From assembly GCA_040376915.1 (NCBI GenBank), contig JBEIPS010000001.1, positions 11,296 to 75,295 on the forward strand: a stretch of DNA of 64,000 bases, given 5' to 3'. The position numbers and the translations under genes were made by a program. Positions 27,685-37,208 of the stretch are shown in pieces (position 1 is the first letter of the stretch; each line of letters begins with the position of its first letter). The notes under the pieces are model-generated. The model made no database searches. It saw only the letters and a program-made list of their open reading frames with translations, and was not told the origin of the DNA. The stretch comes from Hylemonella sp. (GTDB taxonomy: Bacteria > Pseudomonadota > Gammaproteobacteria > Burkholderiales > Burkholderiaceae_C).

Positions 27685-28161
27685 TCACCACTCCCGGTAG
27701 GCAATGCCATTGAGCCCGGTACCCGGCGCGCGCGTATGGACGTCGTACACGTCCTCGCCTTCGGCCGGCTGGTCCGGCGGGCTGGCGTAGGACCGCAGGC
27801 CCCAGGTGAGCGCCGGCGGATCCTCGGCATTCGCGTGGAAGGGGTCGCGCGGCAGGCGGCGCAGGAAATAGATGCGCGCACCGTCGGGTCGGGTGGCATC
27901 GGGCACGCCTTCGACCAGCACCCCCAGGCTGGGCGGGTAGCCGCTGGCGCCGGTGCGGCGCAGGATGCGCCCTTCGTCACCGGCCCGTTTGTAGGCGTCG
28001 AGCGCGCCGCGGATCTGCCACAGCGCCTGACGCAGTTCCTGCTCGCGCGCGCGCCTCACCTGCAGTTCACCCAGCGGCCACAGGGCCGTGGCCAGGATGG
28101 AGACGATGGCCACGGTGACCATCAACTCGATCAGGGTGAAGCCGTGAGCAGGGCGACGCAT
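27685..28161 (-). CDS. Type II secretion pseudopilin (GspG-like)
   Basis: HG-FTLIELMVTVAIV; GYPPSL..LVEGV; FLRRLPRDP; WGLRSY. Confidence 0.9.
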   Translation of the reverse strand: MRRPAHGFTLIELMVTVAIVSILATALWPLGELQVRRAREQELRQALWQIRGALDAYKRAGDEGRILRRTGASGYPPSLGVLVEGVPDATRPDGARIYFLRRLPRDPFHANAEDPPALTWGLRSYASPPDQPAEGEDVYDVHTRAPGTGLNGIAYREW

Positions 28162-28174
28162 GGCGTGACTCCCT

Positions 28175-30262
28175 TCAATCCTTTTCCGGCACCGGGTCGG
28201 CCGGGGGGGCCGCCGCGCGCGGCTGGGGAGGTGTCGCTTCAGCCGGGGAGGTCCGCGCCAGGTCCTGCGTCGGGGGAGACAGGGCCGGCACCGCGGCGCC
28301 CGCTGGCGCGGCGGGCGCGATGTCCTCAGCGGTGGCCGGTCCGGCAGCCTCGGGGATCGCTGCGGGTACCGTCGGCCGCACCGCCGCCTCCGACACGGGC
28401 GCTGCCGCACCCCCGCGGCTGCGCAGGCTCAGGGCACGGGACGCGGTGGGGCGCAACTGCAGGGGCGCCGCGCCGATCGATGTCTCCGAACCCGCCGGGC
28501 GCTGCTGCGTGGGCAGGTCCCCGCGTGTGACGTTGCGCACCACGCGCGGTGTGATCAGAAGCACGATCTCGGTCTTGCTGTTGGTGTCGCGCTGGCTGGA
28601 GAACAGCCGGCCCAGCACGGGCACATCGCCCAGGCCGGGCAGACGGTTGGCGCTGCTGCGTTCCTCGTCGCTGATCAGGCCTGCCAGCACCTGGGTCTCG
28701 CCGTTGCGCAGCTGCAGCACGGTGGAGGCGCTGCGCGTGCCGATCTGGTAGGCCAGGGAATTCGAAGGCCCCGAAATCTCCTTGATGACACTGCTGACCT
28801 CCAGGCCGACCTTGATGGCCACCTCGTCATCAAGGTAGACATTGGGCTCCACGTCGAGCTTGAGCCCCACGTCCAGGTAGGAGACCGAGGCCGACACGCC
28901 CACGTTGGCGGTGGAGGTGGTCGTGAACACGGGCAGGCGGTCGCCGATGTGGATCTTGGCCTTCTCGCGGTTCTTGACGCGGATGCGGGGATTGGCCAGG
29001 GTGTTGCCCATGCCGACCTGGTTGCGCAGGTTCAGCGTCAGGGCCGGGTTGGCCACGAAGGAGGTCAGCGCGCCGGTATTGTTCAGGTCCACGAAGCCGG
29101 TGGCGAGCGCGCCGCCGGGCGTGGTCACGCTCTGGGTCACGCCGTTGACGATGGTGGTCGTGGTGGCCTGGCTCTGCAGCTGGCCATAACCGATCTGGTC
29201 AGGGAAGCGCAGGCCCAGTTCCTGCAGCTTGCTGCGGCTCATCTCGATCACTTCCACGTCCAGCATCACCTCGGGCTCGGCCTGGTCCAGCGACTCGATC
29301 AGCTGGGCCGCCAGCTCGACCGCCTGCGGCGTGTCCTTGAGCACCAGCAGATTGAGTTTTTCATCGATGAAGCTGTCGCGCGTCTTGACCAGGGCACGCA
29401 CCATGGCCTGGGCCTGCTTGACGTCGGCATTGACCAGGTAGAAGGTGCGTGTGACCAGTTCCTGGTATTCCTTGACCTTGGCCGGCAGGTTGGGATAGAT
29501 CAGCACGGAGTTCTCGTTGAGCACCTTGCGCTCGAGCTGGTTGGTCGCCAGCACGAGCTTGACGATCTCGTCGATGCCGGTGTTGCGCACGAAGAGCGTG
29601 ACCTTGATGTCGCCCCGCACGTCCTTGTCGAACACGAAGTTGATGCCCGAGGTGCGCGCGAGCACCTCGAACACATTGCGCAGCGGCGCGTCGCGGAATT
29701 CCAGCGTGACGGGCTGGTTGAAATCGCCCTTGAGCACGGACGGGGCCGGCTCGACCACCGGTGTCTTCTCGCGCAGGGCCTGCAACAGGCGCCGCGCCTC
29801 CAGGTGCTCCGGCACCTGCGTCAGCACGCCGCGCAGCAGCTTCTCGGCGGCGCCACGCTCGCCCTTGTCGGCGAGCTCCTGCGCCTGGCGCACGCTGGCA
29901 TCGATACGGCGCAGGCCCGCCAGTTCACTCAGACCGTCGCGTACGCGCGGGTGGTTGGGGTCGAACTTCTGGACCCGGCGGTAAAGCGCCTCGGCGGTCT
30001 CGAAGCGCGCCGCCACCGCCTCGGCCTGGGCCTGGGCCAGCAGCTGGGCCGAAACCTGGTCACGCCGGCGGAAGTACTGCGCGCGCAGCTCCGGATCGGC
30101 AGGGCTGTCGCGGCTGGCCTGCTCCAGCAGCTGCACGGCCTCGTCGGGCCGCCCCTGCCTCAGCAGCTCCTCGCTCTGGTCGATCAGCGCTCGGCTCGCG
30201 CAGGCGACCAGCAGGGCTGGCAACGCGAAGGCCAGGAAGAAACGGATGGTGCGCGCGTTCAT
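28175..30262 (-). CDS. gspD: Secretin (GspD-like) lipoprotein with N-terminal TPR region
   Basis: Lipobox LLVAC; TPR-like helices; VTLEFRDAPL; LANPRIRVKNREKAKIHIGDRLP; LPGLGDVPVLGRLFS; EIVLLITPRVV; P/A-rich tail. Confidence 0.92.
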   Translation of the reverse strand: MNARTIRFFLAFALPALLVACASRALIDQSEELLRQGRPDEAVQLLEQASRDSPADPELRAQYFRRRDQVSAQLLAQAQAEAVAARFETAEALYRRVQKFDPNHPRVRDGLSELAGLRRIDASVRQAQELADKGERGAAEKLLRGVLTQVPEHLEARRLLQALREKTPVVEPAPSVLKGDFNQPVTLEFRDAPLRNVFEVLARTSGINFVFDKDVRGDIKVTLFVRNTGIDEIVKLVLATNQLERKVLNENSVLIYPNLPAKVKEYQELVTRTFYLVNADVKQAQAMVRALVKTRDSFIDEKLNLLVLKDTPQAVELAAQLIESLDQAEPEVMLDVEVIEMSRSKLQELGLRFPDQIGYGQLQSQATTTTIVNGVTQSVTTPGGALATGFVDLNNTGALTSFVANPALTLNLRNQVGMGNTLANPRIRVKNREKAKIHIGDRLPVFTTTSTANVGVSASVSYLDVGLKLDVEPNVYLDDEVAIKVGLEVSSVIKEISGPSNSLAYQIGTRSASTVLQLRNGETQVLAGLISDEERSSANRLPGLGDVPVLGRLFSSQRDTNSKTEIVLLITPRVVRNVTRGDLPTQQRPAGSETSIGAAPLQLRPTASRALSLRSRGGAAAPVSEAAVRPTVPAAIPEAAGPATAEDIAPAAPAGAAVPALSPPTQDLARTSPAEATPPQPRAAAPPADPVPEKD

Positions 30263-30756
30263 CAATTCGGATTTCCAAACATGAGTTGCTGTTTTTCGTT
30301 CAACGGCAGATAGACCAGGGTCATGCCCGCCGGGCCGATGTCTTCGACGAGGTAGCTGGCTAGGCGGTCACCGGCGCGCACGATGTGGGTGCGCGTGCCT
30401 TCGGCCAGAAAAGCGATGACCTGGCCTTCCTCGACCACCTTGCCCTGGTAGCGGAAAGGCAGGGGCGGCGGGGCCGGCGGCGGCGGCGGGGTCTTGCGCG
30501 CGATGGGCCGCGGCTGCACTTCGCGCGCCGCAAACAGATTCGGGCCGGCGGGCCGCATGCGCAGGGCCGGCGCGCGATCCGCGGCCTCCACGCCAGGGGG
30601 CGCCGGATCACCGACACGGCTGGCGGGCCGGGTGGCAGCGCCAGCTGGTCGCTCCGGCAGGGATGCGTTCTTTTCAGCCGGCCAGTCCGAGAACACGACC
30701 CCCAAGGTGCCGCCCAGGGCGAGCAGCAGCAGGATCCAGCGCAGCGCGGTTTTCAT
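30262..30756 (-). CDS. T2SS accessory protein (GspC/PilP-like)
   Basis: N-terminal TM, Pro-rich linker, PPPLPFRYQGK..FL..VRAGD...Y.VE.I. Confidence 0.75.
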   Translation of the reverse strand: MKTALRWILLLLALGGTLGVVFSDWPAEKNASLPERPAGAATRPASRVGDPAPPGVEAADRAPALRMRPAGPNLFAAREVQPRPIARKTPPPPPAPPPLPFRYQGKVVEEGQVIAFLAEGTRTHIVRAGDRLASYLVEDIGPAGMTLVYLPLNEKQQLMFGNPN

Positions 30757-31295
30757 GCACCGGCCTTCACATAGAGGATGAACACGACACGGATCTCCAG
30801 CTGTTCCTGCAGGGCACTGTCGCGCTGCAGGCTGATGCTCTGCAGGGCGAGCGCAGGCTCGGCGACCAGCGCGGCGGCCAGCCAGCGCCGCAGCGCGGGA
30901 TACGAGGCCTGCACCGGAAAACTGAGCTGGTAACGCTGCACGCGTGCATCGCCCTCGCGCAGCTGGCGGTACTCGCCCTTGTCCAGCCGCAACCCCGCGG
31001 CCTGGGCCGCCTGCACCACACGCGCCACCGGTTCCAGCTGGGCCTCGCGGGTGCCCAGCGCGGCGGCGAAGGCCAGCGCACGGGCACTGGCCGCTTCCTG
31101 GCCCTGGGGAGCCAGCTGGCGGCGCGCCTGTTCGCGCAGGCGCTCGCGCTGCTGCAGGTTCTCCCGCTGCAATGGTTCCACCAGCAGGGCGAACGCCAGC
31201 AGGGCGAGCAGGAGCAGGACCGAAGCCAGACGCAGGGGCCAGCCCAGCCGGCGGATCTGGTGGCGAAACAGGAGGAACCGGTCGGACGCGGTCAC
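30753..31295 (-). CDS. PilO/GspM-like assembly protein
   Basis: TM, coiled coil, YQLSFPVQASYPALRRWL; operon position. Confidence 0.78.
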   Translation of the reverse strand: MTASDRFLLFRHQIRRLGWPLRLASVLLLLALLAFALLVEPLQRENLQQRERLREQARRQLAPQGQEAASARALAFAAALGTREAQLEPVARVVQAAQAAGLRLDKGEYRQLREGDARVQRYQLSFPVQASYPALRRWLAAALVAEPALALQSISLQRDSALQEQLEIRVVFILYVKAGA

Positions 31296-31813
31296 GGCGA
31301 GGCCCTCCAGAGCACTTCCACCTGGAAGCGCAGCACGGGTTGACCGGCATCGGCCGCTGCCTCGTGGCTGCTGAGGCTCACCGCCGTGACCGGCGCAATC
31401 CGCTGCAACTGCTCGACAAAGTTGCGTGCCGCGGTGAAGTTGCGCGCCTGGGCAGTGAGCCGCAGGGTTCGGGCGGCGCCGTCGGCCTCCAGGCGCAGCA
31501 GGCCGACCTGCTGACGGGCCGCAGCCTGCGCCATGCCGTCAAACAGTTCCTCCCAGGGCAGCGCCAGCAGGGCCAGCGCCTGCTGGGCCTGCTGCGACCG
31601 CATCCCGACCCGCTCGTCGCGCTCACGCCCCGGTTGAGCGCCCAACGCACGCGAGGCCCGCAGCTGCAGACGTGCCTGTTCCTCGACGGCCTGCAGATAG
31701 TCGGCCGCGACCCAGGCCGTCAACAGGGCCGCCAGCAGCAGAAGCAGCAGGCCGATGGCGTTCACACGGCGCGGCGTGCGTACGAAGTCGATGGCCAGTG
31801 CAGGCATGCCCAT
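31292..31813 (-). CDS. PilN-like assembly protein
   Basis: IDF..; TM; LALPWEELF; LRLTAQARNF...FVEQL. Confidence 0.75.
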   Translation of the reverse strand: MGMPALAIDFVRTPRRVNAIGLLLLLLAALLTAWVAADYLQAVEEQARLQLRASRALGAQPGRERDERVGMRSQQAQQALALLALPWEELFDGMAQAAARQQVGLLRLEADGAARTLRLTAQARNFTAARNFVEQLQRIAPVTAVSLSSHEAAADAGQPVLRFQVEVLWRASP

Positions 31814-32625
31814 CACAAGCCCCAGGCCAGACGCGCACGCGGCACGGTCCGCAGGACCGGCGCTTCGGGTTCCAGCACGGCGAGCTGCAGCTCGGGGCGT
31901 GCCAGCTGCACGGCCTGGCTGCTGTTCATCAGGTACAGCGGCAGGGATTCGCCCGCCCAGCCGCTGCCCAGACCGAGTTGTGCCAGCTGAGTGGACAGGC
32001 CAGCCAGCCCCGGCTCTGTCTGGCGCAGGCAACGCAGGGCCCGCCAGCGCCGCTGCAGCACCAGGGCCAGCGTGAGGGCATCGGGCTCCAGCTGCACCAG
32101 CCAGTACGAAGGCGCGCGCAGGCGCTGCCGCCAGTGGTCATGGGCGCGCGACAGATAGGGGGCGACCGAGACCAGCCGGATGTGATGGGTGGCGCCCAGC
32201 AGGACCAGCCCGTCCAGCAGCGCCGGGTCGAGTGCGCAGACCGGTTGCGCCTGCCCCATGGGCAGGCCAGCCAGACGCAACACCCAGGTGGCGCTGCGCG
32301 CACCATAGACGTCCTGGAAATGCCGTCGCACCAGGGCCTGTTGCTCCTCGTCCGTCACCGCCTGCAGCGGCATGTCGACCAGCTGCCAGCGCACCAGGCG
32401 GTTGGAGAGCACCACCTCCATGCGGCCGGGGCGCTCGCCATCCGGCCAGCGCGTCAGGACCGCCCCCAGTTCCTGCAACGCCGCGCGCCAGGGCTCCTGG
32501 TCGTCGGGCGCCGCGTCCTGACAGCTGATCGTGCGGCAATCGGCCGCGCGCGCCGGCCCGCGGGCCAGCACCAGCCCCTGCCCCGACAGGCCCACGCGCA
32601 GCAGACCCGATTCAGCGAACCACAC
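31813..32625 (-). CDS. PilM/GspL cytoplasmic-domain-like protein
   Basis: VVLSNRLVRWQLV..P, RHFQDVYG, LVSVAPYL; start codon uncertain (GTG 32625 or ATG 32640). Confidence 0.7.
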   Translation of the reverse strand: MWFAESGLLRVGLSGQGLVLARGPARAADCRTISCQDAAPDDQEPWRAALQELGAVLTRWPDGERPGRMEVVLSNRLVRWQLVDMPLQAVTDEEQQALVRRHFQDVYGARSATWVLRLAGLPMGQAQPVCALDPALLDGLVLLGATHHIRLVSVAPYLSRAHDHWRQRLRAPSYWLVQLEPDALTLALVLQRRWRALRCLRQTEPGLAGLSTQLAQLGLGSGWAGESLPLYLMNSSQAVQLARPELQLAVLEPEAPVLRTVPRARLAWGL

Positions 32626-34291
32626 GGCAAAGCTCCTCATAGCTGGTTTCGCCGCGCAGAACCAGGTCCATGCCGACATCGCGCAACAGCCGTGTGCCGC
32701 GCGCCAGCGCGAACTCCTTGATGCGACGCGCCGACTCCTTGCCGACGATCATCTCGCGCAGCTCGTCGTCGAGCACCAGCACTTCGGCGATGGCGCGGCG
32801 GCCGCGAAAACCGGTGCCGCGGCAGAATGCACAGCCCGCACCGGCACAGAAGCGCGCGCCGGCCACGTCCTGCGCAGCGGCCGTGGCCAGCCACCCGGGG
32901 GGGGGTGCCACCTCGCGCGTGCATTCGGGGCAGTTCACGCGCATCAGGCGCTGCGCCGCCACACCGTTGAGCGCAGCCACCAGGCTGTACAGGTCCACCC
33001 CCATGTGGGTGAAGCGGCCGATCACGTCGAAGGCGTTGTTGGCGTGCACCGTCGTCAGCACCAGGTGGCCGGTCAGGGCGGCCTGCACGGCGATCTGCGC
33101 GGTTTCGCCGTCGCGGATCTCGCCCACCATGATCTTGTCCGGGTCGTGCCGCAGGATGGAACGCAGGCCGCGCGCGAAGGTCAGCCCTTTTTTGTCATTC
33201 ACCGGGATCTGCAATACCCCTGGCAGCTGGTATTCGACCGGGTCCTCGATGGTGACGATCTTGTCGCGGCCATGGTTGATCTCGTTGATCGCCGCGTACA
33301 GCGTGGTGGTCTTGCCGCTGCCCGTGGGCCCGGTAGTGAGCAGCATGCCGTAGGGCTCGGCGGCCAGCCGGCGGATCACACCCTTGGTGGCCTCGTCGAA
33401 ACCCAGCGCCTCCAGGCGCAGGCCCTGCATGTCGCCGGCCAGGCGCTCCTTGTCCAGGATGCGCAGCACGGCGTCCTCGCCATGGATGCTGGGCATGATG
33501 GAGACGCGGATGTCGATCTCGCGGCCGCCGGCACGCACCTTGAAACGGCCGTCCTGCGGGATGCGGCGTTCGGATATGTCAAGCTCGGACATCACCTTGA
33601 TGCGGGAGATCGCCTGCTCGGCGTTCTGCGCGCCGTCGATGCCGCCGGCCGTGCTGAGCACGCCGTCGATGCGGTACTTGATGCTCAGGCCCCTGGCGGC
33701 AGATTCGAGATGGATGTCGCTGGCGCCGCTCTTGAGCGCGTCGTACAGCGTGGAGTTGACCAGGCGGACCACCGGGCTGCTGTCCTCGCCGATGTTGCGC
33801 AGCGAGAGGTCGACCGCGGTCTCGTCGGTCGCGCCGGACGGGGTCTCCGCCGCGAAGCCGTCCAGGGCGCGCAGGGTCTCCTCGCGGCGCGCGAGGTAGG
33901 CCGCGATGTCGCCGGCCGTGGCCAGACACAGTTCCAGCGGACCGGCCACGCGCTCCTCCAGCATGTCGCGCAGGCCGGTGGCCAGGGGGTCGGACAGCAC
34001 GGCGCGGTAACCCCCCACGGCCGTGCGCAGCAGCAAGCAGCTGCGCTGGGCCGCCTCGGCAAAGGGCAGCCGTTCGTAAGCCGGCTCCAGAGCCTCCAGG
34101 TCGGCCAGCACCAGCACGGGCAGCCCCAGCGTGGCGGCCAGGCGCTGCAGCGCCAGTGCGGCGTCACCTTCGGCCTCGCGTGTGAGCATCTGCAACAGGG
34201 TTTCGCCCTGCGCGCGGGCGCGGAAACCCAGCTGCGCAAGTTCTGCGGCGGCATAGGCGCCGCCCTGGTGGAGCGGAAGCGGCGCGTTCAT
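32612..34291 (-). CDS. gspE: GspE/PulE secretion ATPase
   Basis: ASDIHLE, PQDGRF, Walker A GPTGSGKTT, TIEDPVEY, LRHDPDKIMVGEIRD, CPEC/CAFC zinc motif. Confidence 0.97.
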   Translation of the reverse strand: MNAPLPLHQGGAYAAAELAQLGFRARAQGETLLQMLTREAEGDAALALQRLAATLGLPVLVLADLEALEPAYERLPFAEAAQRSCLLLRTAVGGYRAVLSDPLATGLRDMLEERVAGPLELCLATAGDIAAYLARREETLRALDGFAAETPSGATDETAVDLSLRNIGEDSSPVVRLVNSTLYDALKSGASDIHLESAARGLSIKYRIDGVLSTAGGIDGAQNAEQAISRIKVMSELDISERRIPQDGRFKVRAGGREIDIRVSIMPSIHGEDAVLRILDKERLAGDMQGLRLEALGFDEATKGVIRRLAAEPYGMLLTTGPTGSGKTTTLYAAINEINHGRDKIVTIEDPVEYQLPGVLQIPVNDKKGLTFARGLRSILRHDPDKIMVGEIRDGETAQIAVQAALTGHLVLTTVHANNAFDVIGRFTHMGVDLYSLVAALNGVAAQRLMRVNCPECTREVAPPPGWLATAAAQDVAGARFCAGAGCAFCRGTGFRGRRAIAEVLVLDDELREMIVGKESARRIKEFALARGTRLLRDVGMDLVLRGETSYEELCRVVR

Positions 34292-35475
34292 CGGATGCTC
34301 TCGGCCAGCTGGAAGATGGGCAGGTACATGAGCACCACGATGGCGCCGATCAGCAGGCCCATGATGAGCATGAGCACGGGCCCCAGCAGGCGGGTCAGCC
34401 AGTCGGCGCGGCGCGCGATCTCCTCGTCATGAAAGGCGGCCACGCGTTCCAGCATCTCGCCCATGTTGCCGGCGCGTTCACCCACCCGCATCATGCGCAG
34501 TGCCACAGGCGTGGTCAGACCGGATGACGCGAAGGCCAGCGAAAGCGGCTGGCCCTCGCGCACGGCGTCGCCGGCACTGCGCAGGCGCGCAGCCAGGGCG
34601 GCGTCGAGCAAGCCGCCCACCATCTCCATCGCGGGCACGGCGGCAACACCGCCGCGCTGCAACATGCCCAGGGTGCGATAGAGGCGCGTGAGCTGGAAGA
34701 CGCGCAGGATTTCGCCCAGGGCCGGGATGCGCCAGAGCTGGCGCAACAGCTGCGCGCGCAGCCAGCGGCCGCCGCCCTGGCCCAGCAAGAGCGCCAGCAC
34801 CACGAGACCGGCCAGCAGCCAGGCCCCATGGGCTTCGATGCCCTGGCCCAGTTGCAGCAGGGCGCGCGACATGAAAGGCAGATCACCGCCCACGTCCTCG
34901 TAGATGTGGGCGAAACGTGGCACCACGTAGCCCATGAGGAAGAGGATGACCAGCAGACTGACGCCGATGAGCATGACCGGGTAGATGGCCGCACTCACCA
35001 GACGCGTGCGCAGGGTTTCGAGCTGAGTGGCGTAGGCAATGTAGCGGGTCAGCGCCTCCTGCAGCGCGCCCGTCTTCTCGCTCGCGCGCACCGTGGCCAC
35101 ATAAAGCGGCGGGAAGGCCTGGGGCAGGGCTTCGAGCGCCAGCGACAGGGTCTTGCCTTCCTGCAGCCGCGCCAGCACCGCATGCAGGGCGTCTCTGACG
35201 GCTGGACGCTGTTCCTTTTCAACGAGCGTCTCGATGGCCTCGACCACACTCACACCCGAGGCGACCAGTGCCAGCAGCTCCTGGCTGAACAGCAGCAGCG
35301 GGAAGCGGGCCTGGCCGGCGCCCCGCCAGGTGTGCAACCAGCCTGCGTGCCCGACCGAAAGCACGACCAGGCCGCGCGATTCGAGCTGCCGGCGCGCCTG
35401 CAGTTCGTTCTCGGCAGCGACCACGCTGATGTCGACCTGCTGCTGCAGACCGAGGGACTTGACGCGATACAGCAT
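34288..35475 (-). CDS. gspF: Type II secretion inner-membrane platform protein
   Basis: ASEKTGAL, AAIYP, VVPRF, MMRVGERAGNM, MYLPIF. Confidence 0.95.
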   Translation of the reverse strand: MLYRVKSLGLQQQVDISVVAAENELQARRQLESRGLVVLSVGHAGWLHTWRGAGQARFPLLLFSQELLALVASGVSVVEAIETLVEKEQRPAVRDALHAVLARLQEGKTLSLALEALPQAFPPLYVATVRASEKTGALQEALTRYIAYATQLETLRTRLVSAAIYPVMLIGVSLLVILFLMGYVVPRFAHIYEDVGGDLPFMSRALLQLGQGIEAHGAWLLAGLVVLALLLGQGGGRWLRAQLLRQLWRIPALGEILRVFQLTRLYRTLGMLQRGGVAAVPAMEMVGGLLDAALAARLRSAGDAVREGQPLSLAFASSGLTTPVALRMMRVGERAGNMGEMLERVAAFHDEEIARRADWLTRLLGPVLMLIMGLLIGAIVVLMYLPIFQLAESIR

Positions 35476-35477
35476 GG

Positions 35478-35915
35478 CTACCAGTTCACGATGTCCTCGG
35501 CCTCGCCAGCGCCGCCGGGCTGGCCGTCCTTGCCCAGGGACACGAGGTCATACTCTCCGTGCTGCCCGGGTGCAGCGTAGACATAGGCCCGGCCCCAGGG
35601 GTCCATGGGCACCCCCTTCTTGAGGTAGGGGCCGGCCCAGCGGGGCACCCCTGCGGGGCGTTCGTTGAGCGCGGCCAGGCCCTGCTCGGTCGAGGGATAG
35701 CCGCCCACGTCCAGGCGATACTGGTCCAGCGCCTTCTCCAGGCCATCCATCTGGGCCTTGGCGATCTTCACCTCGGACTTGCCGATCTGGGCGAAAAAGC
35801 GCGGTGCGACAAAACCCGCCAGCAGGCCGATGATGACCATGACCACCAGAAGCTCGAGCAAGGTGAAGCCTGCGGCCCGGAACCGGCCGTGATGCGCATC
35901 CCGATACATATCCAT
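35478..35915 (-). CDS. gspG: Major pseudopilin GspG
   Basis: AG-FTLLELLVVMVIIGLL; YRLDVGGYPSTEQGLAAL; W.GPYL..VP.DPWG..YVY; SLGKDGQPGG.GE..DI.NW. Confidence 0.96.
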   Translation of the reverse strand: MDMYRDAHHGRFRAAGFTLLELLVVMVIIGLLAGFVAPRFFAQIGKSEVKIAKAQMDGLEKALDQYRLDVGGYPSTEQGLAALNERPAGVPRWAGPYLKKGVPMDPWGRAYVYAAPGQHGEYDLVSLGKDGQPGGAGEAEDIVNW

Positions 35916-36055
35916 TCCCAGGTAAGTGGGCCTCTCGGCCCCTTTGATGTGTGACAGCGCTCGCGCCTTGCGACGCGAAACATTTGACAGGCCCAACGTT
36001 TACAAAAATTTATGGCCCGGACATGACAATTCCCTGATCCGGGCCTACATATTCA

Positions 36056-36071
36056 TAGTCCTTTCGGACCA
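36056..36071. promoter_or_regulatory. 16-bp palindromic motif, best copy (TAGTCCTTTCGGACCA)
   Basis: 141 nt upstream of gspG, at the head of the T2SS-epsA operon. Confidence 0.7.
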
Positions 36072-36082
36072 TCGAACTGTTA

Positions 36083-36100
36083 ATGACTTTTACGTGACAG
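36083..36100 (-). promoter_or_regulatory. Pho-box-like repeat (CTGTCAC-GTAA-AAGTCAT) upstream of gspG
   Basis: Two half-sites at 11-bp spacing resembling CTGTCAT; a further 11-bp-phased triplet TCATCAC/CCTTCAA/ACGTCAT at 36148..36176. Confidence 0.55.
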
Positions 36101-36215
36101 CAATACAGCATGGGCCACCCGCATAGGCCGGACAACCGGACTGCCGCATGACGTTTTGTTGAAGGTTTCGTGATGATTGCAGGTCACCTGGCCCCAGTCC
36201 GGAACCTGCGGGCCA

Positions 36216-36899
36216 TCAGCCCGTGAAGATGTAGCCGCTGCCTCGGATGGTGCGGATCGGGTCGTTCAGGCCGGCGATTTCCATGGCGGCACGCAAACGC
36301 CGGATATGGACGTCCACCGTGCGCTGGTTGCCGAAATACTGATCGCCCCAGACCTGGTCCAGCAGATGCTCGCGGCTGTGCACACGGTTGCCGTGGGTCA
36401 TGAAGTAGTGCAACAACCTGAACTCGGTAGGGCCCACGTCCAGGGTGCTTCCATCGACAGTGACGATCTTGGCGATCGGGTCCAGTGCGAGACGCCCGGC
36501 CTTGACCACATCCTGGGTCGCCTGCGGCGCACGCCGGCGCAGCACCGCCGTCATGCGCGCCAGGAGTTCACGCGGCGAAAAGGGCTTGGTCATGTAATCG
36601 TCGGCACCGATCTCCAAGCCGACGATCTTGTCGCGTTCCTCGCTGCGGGCGCTCAGCATGATGACCGGGATGCCGGCCGTGCGGGCATCAGCGCGCAGCT
36701 GGCGCATGTACTCCACACCGGACATGCCAGGCAGCATCCAGTCCAGCAGGATGAGGTCCGGCAGGGATTGGGACATGCGCTCGTGCGCGGCCTCGGCCGA
36801 CAAGGCGTTCCAGACCGCATAGCCCGCGCTCTTCAGGTTGACCGAAATCAGCTCCTGAACGCCCTGTTCGTCCTCCACCACCAATATCTGGGTTGTCAT
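36216..36899 (-). CDS. phoB: Phosphate regulon response regulator PhoB
   Basis: ILVVEDE, LILLDWMLPG, GADDYMTKPFSPRELLAR, GPTEFRLLHYFM, SREHLLDQVWG, RTVDVHIRRLR. Confidence 0.92.
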   Translation of the reverse strand: MTTQILVVEDEQGVQELISVNLKSAGYAVWNALSAEAAHERMSQSLPDLILLDWMLPGMSGVEYMRQLRADARTAGIPVIMLSARSEERDKIVGLEIGADDYMTKPFSPRELLARMTAVLRRRAPQATQDVVKAGRLALDPIAKIVTVDGSTLDVGPTEFRLLHYFMTHGNRVHSREHLLDQVWGDQYFGNQRTVDVHIRRLRAAMEIAGLNDPIRTIRGSGYIFTG

Positions 36900-36926
36900 G
36901 AGGCCACCAAATTACAAAGTGGCGCG

Positions 36927-36960
36927 ATCCTATGTCGCTCGCATGACGTTTTCTTTGCAT
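36927..36960 (-). promoter_or_regulatory. Candidate PhoB-dependent promoter of phoB
   Basis: ATGCAAA-GAAA-ACGTCAT (36960..36943) followed after exactly 10 nt by -10-like TAGGAT (36932..36927). Confidence 0.5.
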
Positions 36961-37025
36961 GCGGGGCGTCCTCGTTCGCAATGATCAGCAGCAGGTCTCC
37001 TGTTTCCCTGTTTTCGACAGAGACG

Positions 37026-37041
37026 TAGGTCGAATGGACCA
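37026..37041. promoter_or_regulatory. 16-bp palindromic motif copy (TAGGTCGAATGGACCA)
   Basis: In the divergent phoB / pstS-eps intergenic region. Confidence 0.6.
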
Positions 37042-37130
37042 TACCCGATGACACAAAAAGACAGGAGACAGGGCCGATCTGCCCGTTTGCCTCGTCCATC
37101 TGCCCGCATCCGCGGCATGAGCGCGATGCC

Positions 37131-37175
37131 CGTGCATGTTCACGTCATGGTTCTGTCTCAATGGCTTTGTAGAGT
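37131..37175 (+). promoter_or_regulatory. Candidate Pho-box promoter of pstS
   Basis: CGTGCAT-GTTC-ACGTCAT-GGTT-CTGTCTC (11-bp phased), then 10 nt, then -10-like TAGAGT (37170..37175). Confidence 0.6.
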
Positions 37176-37208
37176 CCCGACTTCATTTCAAATGTTTCAG
37201 GGATCACA

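Noticed and set aside
32897-32905. G9 homopolymer inside gspE as a phase-variation tract
   Set aside because: Encodes in-frame Pro-Pro-Pro in a variable loop; the gene is intact and a single sequence gives no evidence of slippage.
37048-37064. ATGAC..AAGACAG as a Pho box for phoB
   Set aside because: Half-sites are 10 bp apart rather than 11; a better-spaced candidate exists at 36943..36960.
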